A stretch of 64,000 bases of DNA, taken from the NCBI GenBank assembly GCA_043803945.1, contig JAZDJN010000033.1, forward strand, positions 1 through 64,000. Reading direction: 5' to 3'. Of this stretch, positions 10,512 to 20,481 are shown piece by piece (the stretch's first letter is position 1; every line of letters starts with the position of its first letter). The notes below the pieces were generated by a model. That model ran no database searches, had not been told where the DNA came from, and worked only from the letters and a program-made list of their open reading frames with translations. Origin of the DNA: a bacterium (GTDB lineage: Bacteria > Bacteroidota > Ignavibacteria > UBA10030). A program made the position numbers and the translations under genes.

Positions 10512-12032
10512 ATGACTAAAACAACAAATTCACCTGATAGACATTCTGATTCACAAGCTGGCGATGGTGTTCCATTAAACAGCAATCTGATTCATCCTCA
10601 TTCAGTCGCCCGTAATACTGCCCTTCTCCTTAGCTTCCATGTTTTCACGAAATTGTTGGCGTTCGTTTCATTCATCCTTCTAGCCAACTACCTCGGGACT
10701 GAAGCATTTGGTGTTTATAATTATGCTTTTGCTTTAACTGCGCTGTTTATCCCGCTCTGTGATCTCGGTATGGACATGTATCTCATGCGGGAAGTACCAA
10801 AACTTCGCGAGGACCAAATCCCAGTTCAATTAGGAGCCGCTCTTTCATGGAAAGGATTTATGACTTTTTTGGTCTTCCTTTTGATTTCCCTTACTGGAAG
10901 CATCCTGGATAGCTTTGGAACCGGTAGATTCTATATCATGGTTATTGCAGGCCTTATTACACTTCTGCGCGCTTTTTGGACGACATTTGGCTCGCTCCTC
11001 CGTGCCATGAATAAGGTCGGATATGAAGTTGTCCTTCTCTCAGGAGCACGGTTGAGTGAATTCATAACCATCGTTATCAGTGTCAATGCCGGCATCGATC
11101 TTCTTACGATGCTTTCAATACTTGCAATATTGAATTTACTTGCAGTCGCCCTCACATATGCGATTGTTCATGTAAAAATAACGAAACCCGTTCCAATCCG
11201 AGATTTCGAAAACCTTTTAAGTATGATCAAGGAAGGATTCCCCTTCGCATTAACATCGATCTTTTCAACGATTTATTTTAATTTTGATACGGTTCTCGTC
11301 TCAAAATTTATCGGTGACGAAGCTGCAGGGATATATCGTGCCGCCTACAATTTAGTTTTTCCGCTCATGAATATTACCATTTCCATTAACGGTGCTCTCT
11401 TTCCCTTTGTGAGCCAAAATTATCGCCGCGATAAGCAGAAGGTCGAAGGAGTCGTGCGAAAAGCTCTGACATACTTGGTCTTCTTGGGACTGCCAATCGC
11501 ATTTGGAACGCTTATTCTCTCTAAGGATCTTGTCCATCTCTTTTTTGAACCTGAATTCTCCAGCGCATCTATCTCACTCTCAATTTTAATCTGGTTCATC
11601 CCAATTGCATTCCTTACCCAGGCATTTAGCGCTGTACTCGGTGCAATCGGAGATCAGAAGTTTGTTCTCAAGATTATAACCGTAAACGTTCTCTTCAATG
11701 TGATTGCAAATCTCTTTTTCATTCCAATATACGCACAGGTTGGAGCGTCTGTCATAATCGTCGCGACGGAACTCATCGGCTTTATTTTCTTATTTCATCG
11801 CATTTCAAGTAAGATCGAACATCCCATTGAATACCAGAGAATTGGAAAAGGGCTTTTCGCTTTAGGAGCTATGATTATCTTTTTAATCTATCGCCCTTTT
11901 GAAAATATTCCCATGACCATTGGAGTAGCTGCGCTTATCTATTTCTTTATCATTTTTGTTATCAAAGCTTTAACAATTCAAGAATTGCGATTGATAACCA
12001 ATTTTAAACAAGAAACCCATGCGGATCGCTGA
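10512..12032 (+). CDS. Wzx-type oligosaccharide flippase (MOP superfamily)
   Basis: Many hydrophobic segments; ANYLG..AFG.Y, DLG and D...GIYRAAY motifs. Start set to ATG at 10512. Confidence 0.88.
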   Translation: MTKTTNSPDRHSDSQAGDGVPLNSNLIHPHSVARNTALLLSFHVFTKLLAFVSFILLANYLGTEAFGVYNYAFALTALFIPLCDLGMDMYLMREVPKLREDQIPVQLGAALSWKGFMTFLVFLLISLTGSILDSFGTGRFYIMVIAGLITLLRAFWTTFGSLLRAMNKVGYEVVLLSGARLSEFITIVISVNAGIDLLTMLSILAILNLLAVALTYAIVHVKITKPVPIRDFENLLSMIKEGFPFALTSIFSTIYFNFDTVLVSKFIGDEAAGIYRAAYNLVFPLMNITISINGALFPFVSQNYRRDKQKVEGVVRKALTYLVFLGLPIAFGTLILSKDLVHLFFEPEFSSASISLSILIWFIPIAFLTQAFSAVLGAIGDQKFVLKIITVNVLFNVIANLFFIPIYAQVGASVIIVATELIGFIFLFHRISSKIEHPIEYQRIGKGLFALGAMIIFLIYRPFENIPMTIGVAALIYFFIIFVIKALTIQELRLITNFKQETHADR

Positions 12033-12669
12033 TTTTCATCCAAATAGATTTGTGGCACCTGCCAACATCACCCGAGAAATGCAGAAGCGCTACGTCACAC
12101 TTTTCCCTGAAGGTGGTACTATTGCAGATCTCGGATGCGGAGAAGGGATCTTTCTCGACCTCTTAAAGGAATCAGGCAGAAAAGGAATTGGTATTGATCT
12201 TACTCAGGATTTCATTAACAAATGCCGGAATCGGGAACATGAAGCTCATGTTCAAGATGTATTCGAATTCTTGAACGAAAATCCCGGAAAATTTGATGGA
12301 GTGTTTGCAAGTCATCTCATCGAACATTTTCAAACGAAGGATGGATTGCAGCTTCTAGAATTGATCTATGATTCATTAGCTACAAACGGACTCCTAGTTC
12401 TCATAACACCAACGTACCGTGATATTCGCGTTAGCAGCGAGCGATTTTGGCTAGATATTTCACACGTCAGACCTTATCCGCTTCCATTGCTTATAGAAGT
12501 GTTTCAACACTTAGGATTTAAAGTCCAAGAAAAAGGATTCACAAAGGATGAACGAGGATGGTTTCAACCTAAGCGAATTTTCAGAAATGCTTATTATCTT
12601 CTCTCGAAGCTTCGATTTGGCAGATATTATGGTTTGGGAGATACTATTATTGTTGGAAAGAAGGTCTAA
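12019..12669 (+). CDS. Class I SAM-dependent methyltransferase (polysaccharide-associated)
   Basis: DLGCGEG, SHLIEH, FWLDISHVRP; overlaps the flippase stop. Confidence 0.85.
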   Translation: MRIADFHPNRFVAPANITREMQKRYVTLFPEGGTIADLGCGEGIFLDLLKESGRKGIGIDLTQDFINKCRNREHEAHVQDVFEFLNENPGKFDGVFASHLIEHFQTKDGLQLLELIYDSLATNGLLVLITPTYRDIRVSSERFWLDISHVRPYPLPLLIEVFQHLGFKVQEKGFTKDERGWFQPKRIFRNAYYLLSKLRFGRYYGLGDTIIVGKKV

Positions 12670-12674
12670 CGAGT

Positions 12675-13823
12675 ATGCGAATTGCGATTGATGGTCGCAC
12701 CCTCACAAAGTTGAAGACCGGCGTGGGTATTTATACTGAACGAACCATTAGATCTCTTTTGCATATTGATCAGAATATTCACTATACACTTTTCATCAAC
12801 GAGGATGATCTTACTTTAACGGCTCCAAATCTGACGAATGTTGTAATTGGAAATTTTGAGATGATGGATAAAAAAAGATATTGGGAAAATTTTCTTTTGC
12901 CAAAATATCTTAAAAGGAATGATATAAAACTCTATTTTTCACCAGCTTACGCTCTTCCGTTTACATCAAACTTTCCCCTTCTTTTCCCCCACACTCAAGA
13001 CATAAAACTGGTTGTTACGATTCATGATCTTATCGCATATCTTCATCCTGAGACTTTCACCGCTAAGATGAGGTTATGGCAAAAGTTGTTCGTTTGGAAT
13101 GCCACAAAAGTGAGCAATCTTATTATTGCAGTCTCAGAATCAACAAAAAGAGATATCCTGCACTATTTCAGCTATCCGGCTGCAAGAATCACTGTAGTTC
13201 ATAATTCTGTTGATGAGCACTTTCACCCTATTAAGAATGTTACCGGCTTGAATTCTATTCGTGACAAGTACAAGCTTCCTCAGCATTTTATTCTCTATGT
13301 AGGCACGATTGAGCCGCGAAAGAACGTAACTTCACTGGCTCGTGCATACTCAATACTACCAGAGGCAATTCGTTCCAAATATCATCTAGTTTTGTGCGGA
13401 GGTTTAGGATGGTGCTCAGAGGCCATCCTCTCTGAGATTGACGCTTTAAGACTAGGAAATAGGCTAATACGGGTAGGTTATGTTGAACAACAAGATCTTC
13501 CGGCCATTTACAATCTAGCAGAACTCTTCGTATACCCACCACTTTATGAAGGTTTCGGCTATCCCCCGCTTGAAGCCATGGCTTGCGGAATTCCTACAAT
13601 TTCGTCAAATACTTCTTCCCTTCCAGAAGTTATCGGCGATGCAGGTATATTAGTCAACCCAACTAATTATCACGAAATTGCTGAATCGATGGCAAGTATC
13701 CTTACAAATTCTGACTTGCACCAAAGACTGGCTAAATTAGGGAGGGAACGTGCGGCGTTGTTCAATTGGAAGAAAAATGCTCTGGAAACCTTGGAAGTCC
13801 TGGAGAGAGCAGTTCGGGAATAA
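12675..13823 (+). CDS. GT4 family glycosyltransferase
   Basis: TIHDL, GTIEPRKN, YEGFGYPPLEAMACG. Confidence 0.92.
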   Translation: MRIAIDGRTLTKLKTGVGIYTERTIRSLLHIDQNIHYTLFINEDDLTLTAPNLTNVVIGNFEMMDKKRYWENFLLPKYLKRNDIKLYFSPAYALPFTSNFPLLFPHTQDIKLVVTIHDLIAYLHPETFTAKMRLWQKLFVWNATKVSNLIIAVSESTKRDILHYFSYPAARITVVHNSVDEHFHPIKNVTGLNSIRDKYKLPQHFILYVGTIEPRKNVTSLARAYSILPEAIRSKYHLVLCGGLGWCSEAILSEIDALRLGNRLIRVGYVEQQDLPAIYNLAELFVYPPLYEGFGYPPLEAMACGIPTISSNTSSLPEVIGDAGILVNPTNYHEIAESMASILTNSDLHQRLAKLGRERAALFNWKKNALETLEVLERAVRE

Positions 13824-13859
13824 AAAGCAGAGCGTACATCGTTCTCGATTGTACCCTTC

Positions 13860-14519
13860 CTATTCACCATCCTCCTCTGAATCCAATTCCTGGTCATACA
13901 TAAGGGGAATATTTCTGGCTCGTGCAATGAATTCCCTGATTTTCTCGGTATCCTTTAATCCAGGCTTTTTTTCTACTCCAGTGTTCACATCAATTCCATA
14001 AGGCTGAACAAAGCGAACTGCATCTTCTATGTTATCAGGTGTGAGCCCACCGGATAGGATGATTTTTCCATACTCTTTGGCTCGAAGAGCGATATTCCAG
14101 AAGAACTTATGGCCCTTCTCCTGATTCTCCCTCTGAACTGCATCGAGAAGAAATGCATCGACAATATAATTCCGCATCACGATGGGATCGAATTGGTCTG
14201 TTATATGAAATGCCTTAATGACACTGCTATGAAAAGCAACGAGGTCGTCTGCTCCTTCATTTCCATAGAGTTCAACAGCGCTCAGGTTGGCATGAGTGGC
14301 GATATCTCTAACAAACTTAGGATCTGCATTAATGAATGTGCCGATCTTTGAAATATATTCCGGCATTTTCTTAATGATTTTTTCTGCGCTAAGATGGGAA
14401 ATAAAATTCGGGCTTGACTCGTCGAAAATAAATCCGATGGCATTAGCCCCGCACGTCACCGCAAATTGAGCGTCGGCAAGGTTGGTGATTCCGGATATCT
14501 TGACGAAAAGATCCTGCAT
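13860..14519 (-). CDS. trpF: Phosphoribosylanthranilate isomerase homolog with degenerate active site
   Basis: VKISGIT, GANAIGFIF, LSGGLTPDN, PYGIDV..GVE..PG.KD; several catalytic motifs altered (see findings). Confidence 0.8.
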   Translation of the reverse strand: MQDLFVKISGITNLADAQFAVTCGANAIGFIFDESSPNFISHLSAEKIIKKMPEYISKIGTFINADPKFVRDIATHANLSAVELYGNEGADDLVAFHSSVIKAFHITDQFDPIVMRNYIVDAFLLDAVQRENQEKGHKFFWNIALRAKEYGKIILSGGLTPDNIEDAVRFVQPYGIDVNTGVEKKPGLKDTEKIREFIARARNIPLMYDQELDSEEDGE

Positions 14520-14523
14520 ACTG

Positions 14524-15375
14524 CTAGGTTGTGGAAATGGAAATTGATTCTGATTGTTTTTTCGAACGTGATACTCTTACCTGTCTGATGCGCCTTGCTG
14601 TTTTCCTAAAGATGGTAAAGAGACAATCCTCATAGGGAATTTCTTCATTCACTTCGGGCAATCGACCAGAAGTTTTCTGCAGAAAACCTGCAATAGTTTC
14701 ATAGTCAGAAGATTCTGGAATGTCAGTACTGAATTGTTCATTAAAATCCCGAATGGTGATATGCGCATCAATGAGTACCGAGCCATCTCTGGTCGCTTCA
14801 ATCTCCTTCGTTATCTCGTCATATTCATCATGAATCTCACCGACAATTTCCTCAATGATATCCTCCATCGTGACGATTCCCTCCGTTCCGCCATATTCAT
14901 CTTTGACAATTGCCAGATGAAGCTTCCTTTGTTGAAATTCGCGCAGCAATTGACTGATCTTCATAGACTCAGGCACAAAATATGGCTGTCTGAGAATATC
15001 CTGCAGAACAATCAGATCACGATGTTCAAGCAAACTCAGAAGGTCTTTGCTATAAATGATTCCAACAACGTTATCGATTGCTCCTCCGTACACCGGGAGT
15101 CTTGAATAACCCTCTTCGATGACTTTATGAATCAACGCATCCCGCTGCAAGGAAATGTCGATTGAAACAACATCGGGGCGTGGTACCATGATTTCCTTTA
15201 CCGTCGTGTCGGTAAATTCGAGAATACTTTTTATTAACTCATGCTCAGTTTTATCCAGAGTTCCGCTGCGGGTACTTTCTTCGAGGACTTTTTTCAGATC
15301 TTCCTCAGAGAGCTTAGCCTTCACAAGGCCCCAGTTCATTAGCTTCTCTTTAAATATTTCTCTTACTGCTTTCAT
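14524..15375 (-). CDS. CBS-pair/CorC-HlyC domain protein (hemolysin/CorC family) without the N-terminal membrane domain
   Basis: EIMVPR, GYSRLPVY, DEYGGTEGIVTMEDIIEEIVGEIHDEYD, YETIAG. Confidence 0.88.
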   Translation of the reverse strand: MKAVREIFKEKLMNWGLVKAKLSEEDLKKVLEESTRSGTLDKTEHELIKSILEFTDTTVKEIMVPRPDVVSIDISLQRDALIHKVIEEGYSRLPVYGGAIDNVVGIIYSKDLLSLLEHRDLIVLQDILRQPYFVPESMKISQLLREFQQRKLHLAIVKDEYGGTEGIVTMEDIIEEIVGEIHDEYDEITKEIEATRDGSVLIDAHITIRDFNEQFSTDIPESSDYETIAGFLQKTSGRLPEVNEEIPYEDCLFTIFRKTARRIRQVRVSRSKKQSESISISTT

Positions 15376-15393
15376 GATGAATGAGTATTTCTC

Positions 15394-15666
15394 TTATGCA
15401 TAGATCTCTTTTTTCTTAATCTCCGGAGATGCGAGTATTTTCTTACCGATATTCTCTATGTAATTACGAAAATCTTGATGCCCTTCAAGAATGGGATACT
15501 CTTTCGAATTCTTCCTTATTTCTTCGTCGACTTGTTTCCCAAGCTCAACATCCTTCGTATCCGGGAAAATATTAGCCGAAATTGGTAAGGAAAGTGAACT
15601 GCCACAATGAAAAGAAAGTGTAGAAGTCAAAACGATGAAGAAGACCATAATGATCTTTTTATACAT
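15394..15666 (-). pseudogene. N-terminal fragment of an M48-family (BepA/YfgC-like) lipoprotein peptidase
   Basis: Lipoprotein-like signal (…FHC), NIF…DVELGKQV.EEI…YPIL…YIENIGKKIL pattern typical of Bacteroidota M48 N-termini; stops at 90 aa with no HExxH. Confidence 0.6.
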
Positions 15667-15675
15667 AGCGCCACC

Positions 15676-16410
15676 TTAATAGATAATTGAATCCAGTACC
15701 AGTCCATTGGCAGGAGCGGTCATTCCTGCAGCGCCACGGTCTTTCGCTTCAAGAATATGTTCAAATTCAATGAATGGTCGATGTCCCCTTCCTATCTCTA
15801 CCATCGTGCCAACCAGAGCCCGTACCATTCCGTAAAGAAACCTGTTTGCTTTAATCGTAAATACCAGTTTGCTTTTATTTTCTCTTGACCAAACTGATTC
15901 AGCAATTATACAACGAAAGTGTTGGACGGAAGTGCCAATCTTACAGAACGAAGAAAAATCGTGTTCACCGATGATTCTTGATGCGCATTGATGCATCAGC
16001 GACTCATCGAGTTGATAACCACCCACATACCAGTAATAGTGCCGTTCGATTGCTATCGGCCGTAAAGCGAGCTGGTACCGATAGACTCTGGCTTTCGCTC
16101 TATGGCGGGCATGAAATTGCTCTTCAACCCCTTCAATACGTACTATTGCGATATCTTCCGGCAATAATCCATTCAACGCTTGCTGGAGTGCATGGATAGC
16201 AATGTCGCGTTCTATTTTGAAGTTCGCAACCTGGCCACGGGCGTGCACACCTGCATCTGTTCTACCGGCACCATTGATATTTACCTTCTCTTGAAATATT
16301 TGTGCCAGGCAACGTTCAATTTCAGATTGAATTGAGGGAGCATTCTTCTGTTTCTGCCAACCTGAGTACCGTGTGCCATCGTATTCAATCGTCAATTTGT
16401 AGTTCTTCAT
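15676..16410 (-). CDS. truA: tRNA pseudouridine(38-40) synthase
   Basis: YDGT.YSGWQ, GRTDAGVHA.GQV, FLYGMVR. Confidence 0.97.
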   Translation of the reverse strand: MKNYKLTIEYDGTRYSGWQKQKNAPSIQSEIERCLAQIFQEKVNINGAGRTDAGVHARGQVANFKIERDIAIHALQQALNGLLPEDIAIVRIEGVEEQFHARHRAKARVYRYQLALRPIAIERHYYWYVGGYQLDESLMHQCASRIIGEHDFSSFCKIGTSVQHFRCIIAESVWSRENKSKLVFTIKANRFLYGMVRALVGTMVEIGRGHRPFIEFEHILEAKDRGAAGMTAPANGLVLDSIIY

Positions 16411-16421
16411 AGCTCGAGAAA

Positions 16422-16447
16422 TAGAAAATCCCGCAGTAAAGCGGGAT
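16422..16447 (-). terminator. Intrinsic terminator-like hairpin
   Basis: ATCCCGC-6 nt loop-GCGGGAT followed by a T-rich run on the minus strand. Confidence 0.5.
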
Positions 16448-16471
16448 CGGATGACCGGCGTTACGAATATA

Positions 16472-17203
16472 TTAGAATGTCTTACTGATACGAAGTTCTA
16501 TGCCATATGAGTTAAGGATACCTCCTTTAGGAATTGCTTCCATTTTCCAGTTGTTTTCTTCTCTATACATATTATTGTATGCAGCAGCGGATCGGCCTGC
16601 AAAAAAAGCAGAAGCAAGGCGATTGACAACAAGTGCGGCAACTGCAAAATTCGCATTCCGATATGCTTCGTCGCTGCGAATGCGCATATCCCGGTAGCCA
16701 TTCCGATTGATTTCAGAATCCCATCGCCAATTATATTCCAAACCCGTATAAAGGATATCATTCTGGCGGGCTCTCAGCTTGGCCTCATTATAGGTCTCTG
16801 TCGATTCATAATAACCAACATTCACCGCGAATTTATCATCTTTTCCGGAGTAATTTGCTCCAGAGTGTTGGGAGGCAAAGGATCGCGCATCTCTGCGCAA
16901 CCAGGTTCCATGAAGCTGAAATCCGGTATAGGTTAACCAGATACCGCCTTCTGCGATAAAAAAGTATTTGGCTGTCGACGCATTCCCGGCATAAAGTTCA
17001 CCCATCCCCGGAATCACCAGGGACATGACCACTGCCAGGGTTATAGATTTTGTTCCAGACCTTTCATTCATAAATATTGATGGGGCTTGTGCAGATAGTG
17101 TGTCTGCATTTAAGGGGGGATCGATACAGAACCGTTGAGGTTGCGCCTCAGCAATTGTAATAAAAGCGACGAACACTATAAGGATGCATCGCACTAGTCT
17201 CAT
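16472..17203 (-). CDS. Exported/membrane hypothetical protein (DUF5683-like SLVIPG.GE.Y motif)
   Basis: Signal peptide from ATG 17203 (4-bp overlap with mtaB stop), SLVIPGMGELYAG, C-terminal aromatic residue. Confidence 0.6.
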   Translation of the reverse strand: MRLVRCILIVFVAFITIAEAQPQRFCIDPPLNADTLSAQAPSIFMNERSGTKSITLAVVMSLVIPGMGELYAGNASTAKYFFIAEGGIWLTYTGFQLHGTWLRRDARSFASQHSGANYSGKDDKFAVNVGYYESTETYNEAKLRARQNDILYTGLEYNWRWDSEINRNGYRDMRIRSDEAYRNANFAVAALVVNRLASAFFAGRSAAAYNNMYREENNWKMEAIPKGGILNSYGIELRISKTF

Positions 17204-18540
17204 GCAGCTTCCTGATTGACCGTTGTTTGATGATCGTTGGGTAACGCTCTTTCGATGACTCCCTGACATAAATCCTCCACAATAGTGTCAATAGTTACTT
17301 TGGCGATTTGATTGACCAACTCTTTGGGGGCTTGAACACCTACACGAACATACTCACTGGAAAAACCAGATACAATACCTTTTTGATGTTCTGCTTCAAA
17401 AAGAACCTCGACAGCCGATCCGAGAAACGACTCATAAAATGATCTACGTTTTTTCGCGCTGAGAATTCTCAACCTTTCGCTTCGCTCCTGTCGTATCCTT
17501 GGTTCAACTTTCTCCAGAATTCGAAGTGCTTCTGTTTCAGGACGTTCAGAATAGGTGAAGACGTGCAGATACGAAATTGGCATATTCACAAGAAATTGAT
17601 ATGTGTCCTCAAAATCATTTACAGATTCGCCAGGTAAACCGGCGATGACATCGACACCTATTCCCGCTCGAGGATACTGTTCTTTAATGCGAAGAACGCG
17701 TCCCTCATACCAGTCGGTTAAGTAGCGCCTCCTCATTGCCTTTAACAATTTGTCAGTCCCCGCTTGCAAAGGAATATGAAAATGCTTGCAGAGTTTTTCC
17801 TGTGATACCCAAAAATCAAGGAGCTCGTCGGAAAGGAGATTTGGTTCAATTGAACTGATTCGGATCCGGTGAAGCTTGGGTACGTTCACCAATGCCTTCA
17901 GGAGGGCAAGAAGATTGGTGCTGTGAGCTTTTCCAAAATCGCCGACATTCACGCCTGTGAGTACAATTTCTTTGTAGCCGGCTTCAACGATTTCTGCTGT
18001 TTGCTTAACCACTTCTTCGATGGATGTGCTTCTGCTCCCTCCTCTGGCTAGTGGAATGGTACAAAAAGCGCATGAATAGTCGCAACCATCTTGAATTTTT
18101 AGAAACGACCGTGTTCGATCCGAATGATCGATTGATGAAGCGATATGGAATTCTTCCACTCCTTCGAGCGCAGAGACATGGATTGCGGTTTCTGATTTTC
18201 TCTGAAAATCGGAGAGATGCCTGAAGATTTCAAACTTTTCCCTGCTGCCGATAACTGCATCTACTCCGGGAAGAGACGCTATTACTGCAGGCTGCAATTG
18301 TGCGTAGCAGCCCGTGATGATGACAAAAGCATCCGGTGAATGTCTTCTGGTACGCCGGATAATTTGCCGACATTCGCGGTCCGCTCGTTCAGTTACACTG
18401 CAAGTATTTATGACACAAACGTCGGCTTCGCCATCAATGTCGACAACTTCATAGCCCTGGTCCCGAAATTGCCGGGTGATTGTCGACGTTTCAGCATAAT
18501 TCAGTTTACAGCCAAGCGTATGGAAAGCGACTCTCTTCAT
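17200..18540 (-). CDS. mtaB: tRNA t6A37 methylthiotransferase
   Basis: TLGCKLN, INTCSVT, radical SAM CDYSCAFC, RISSIEP. Start set to 18540. Confidence 0.93.
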   Translation of the reverse strand: MKRVAFHTLGCKLNYAETSTITRQFRDQGYEVVDIDGEADVCVINTCSVTERADRECRQIIRRTRRHSPDAFVIITGCYAQLQPAVIASLPGVDAVIGSREKFEIFRHLSDFQRKSETAIHVSALEGVEEFHIASSIDHSDRTRSFLKIQDGCDYSCAFCTIPLARGGSRSTSIEEVVKQTAEIVEAGYKEIVLTGVNVGDFGKAHSTNLLALLKALVNVPKLHRIRISSIEPNLLSDELLDFWVSQEKLCKHFHIPLQAGTDKLLKAMRRRYLTDWYEGRVLRIKEQYPRAGIGVDVIAGLPGESVNDFEDTYQFLVNMPISYLHVFTYSERPETEALRILEKVEPRIRQERSERLRILSAKKRRSFYESFLGSAVEVLFEAEHQKGIVSGFSSEYVRVGVQAPKELVNQIAKVTIDTIVEDLCQGVIERALPNDHQTTVNQEAA

Positions 18541-18602
18541 AAATATGAAAAAGAGTTGTTCGATTACTCGAACAACTCTTCTCAAGTATCTCCGTTTATG
18601 AT

Positions 18603-20333
18603 TTATACTCCCGGATCAATTTCGCTCGGACTCAACGGTGTTGTAATAATGTCCTTCAGTGTCATCGGAGAAAGCCTATGACCTGCCACGTAATCGTCCA
18701 CTACTTTTTGTTCTTTTCCACGCAAAAATTCTATAACGGAAAGAACGATTTTTTTGTTTTCTTTATCGAATTCGATTACCTGGAGCGGAATAACGTTATC
18801 GACATGGAATGATTCCGTGAGATTCTTTACTGGTGTTTGAGAAAGCTGGGAGAGAGGAACGAATCCATCGACTCCGAGCGGAAGTTCAACGATCACTCCC
18901 TTCTCGATAAGGCGGACGATCTTTCCTTCAACCGGCGTACCAATCTTATAGGTATTCGCAAAAACATCCCATGGGTTTTCCTGAATCTGTTTATGTCCAA
19001 GAGAGATTCTTCTTTGATCGACATCGATTCCAAGGATAACGACATCAATCTTGTCTCCTTTTTTCACAACTTCACCTGGATGGCGAATCTTTTTCGTCCA
19101 TGAGAGATCCGAGATGTGGACCAGGCCATCGACACCCTCTTCCAATTCAACGAAGACACCGAAATTTGTAAGATTCCTAACAATGCCAGTATGCTTTGAG
19201 CTAACAGGATACTTCTGCAAAAGTGTGAGCCAAGGATCGGGTTCAAGTTGCTTCATACCAAGGGAAATCTTCTTCCCATCTTTATCAAGAGAAAGAATCA
19301 CAGCGCTGACGATCTGCCCCATCGAAACCGTTTGCGATGGATGCTTGATGTGCTGAGTCCAACTCATCTCAGAAATATGAATAAGCCCTTCAATTCCCTT
19401 TTCAATCTCAACAAACGCGCCGTAATCAGTGAGTGAGACGATTTTCCCCTGAACCTTAGTACTGACGGGGTATTTCAATTCAATATTCTCCCAGGGATGA
19501 GGCAGAAGCTGCTTCATACCGAGCGAAATTCTTTTCTTCTCCTGATCGAAATCAAGAACGACAACGTTGACGGTCTGATCGAGTTTGACAACTTCCGATG
19601 GGTGATTAATGCGTCCCCATGAGAGATCGGTAATATGGACAAGGCCATCGACTCCACCGAGATCGATAAAGACTCCGAAATCTGTGATAGCTTTGACGTG
19701 TCCTTCAAGAATCTGACCTTTCTCAAGACTGTCGAGTATGGATTTCCGCTGACCAGCGAGTTCTTCTTCGACCAGCACTTTATGGCTCACCACGACATTT
19801 TCGGAGGGGTGATTGACTTTGACAACCCGGAATTCCATTTCTCTGCCGATGAACGCATCAAAATCGCGCACTGGACGAACATCGATCTGTGAGCCAGGGA
19901 GAAATGCATCTATACCAAGGAGATCGACAACAATGCCGCCTTTCGTTCGGCGGACACAGCGACCTTTGAGAATTTCTCCTGTATCGAAGGATTTTACTAC
20001 ACGCTCCCACACGCGCATGAAGTCGGCTCGTTTTCTCGAGAGAATAAGTTGACCATCCTTATTTTCCACGCTCTCAAGGAAGACTTCTACTTCATCTCCA
20101 ATTTTCATCTCTTTCAGATTGGGGAATTCCCCATTGGGAACTTGTCCTTCGGATTTGAACCCGATATCGACAGAGACGTACGATTCACCAAGGTGAACGA
20201 TTCGTCCCTTGACAATTTCTCCCTCACTGATGGAACCAAGAGTTTTTTCATAGAGCTTCGTGAGCTCTTGCAATTCGGTTTCCGAATATTCGCGATCCAG
20301 GAAACTCTGTGCATCGTGTAATACTTCAGCCAT
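18603..20333 (-). CDS. rpsA: 30S ribosomal protein S1
   Basis: Six S1 repeats (DIGFKSEG, AFLPGSQID, GVDGLVHITDLSW…); GGAGG SD. Confidence 0.98.
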   Translation of the reverse strand: MAEVLHDAQSFLDREYSETELQELTKLYEKTLGSISEGEIVKGRIVHLGESYVSVDIGFKSEGQVPNGEFPNLKEMKIGDEVEVFLESVENKDGQLILSRKRADFMRVWERVVKSFDTGEILKGRCVRRTKGGIVVDLLGIDAFLPGSQIDVRPVRDFDAFIGREMEFRVVKVNHPSENVVVSHKVLVEEELAGQRKSILDSLEKGQILEGHVKAITDFGVFIDLGGVDGLVHITDLSWGRINHPSEVVKLDQTVNVVVLDFDQEKKRISLGMKQLLPHPWENIELKYPVSTKVQGKIVSLTDYGAFVEIEKGIEGLIHISEMSWTQHIKHPSQTVSMGQIVSAVILSLDKDGKKISLGMKQLEPDPWLTLLQKYPVSSKHTGIVRNLTNFGVFVELEEGVDGLVHISDLSWTKKIRHPGEVVKKGDKIDVVILGIDVDQRRISLGHKQIQENPWDVFANTYKIGTPVEGKIVRLIEKGVIVELPLGVDGFVPLSQLSQTPVKNLTESFHVDNVIPLQVIEFDKENKKIVLSVIEFLRGKEQKVVDDYVAGHRLSPMTLKDIITTPLSPSEIDPGV

Positions 20334-20481
20334 TATACCTCCAAAACCTTACCGATACTGCCAGTAAGAACCTGCGTGGATCCCCGAACGATATCCGTCA
20401 TCAAAATATCGTTACAATAATCTTCGCAGTAATGTGTGTTTATGTGTATGATAGATTAATTAGTGATGACGACTATTGTTC

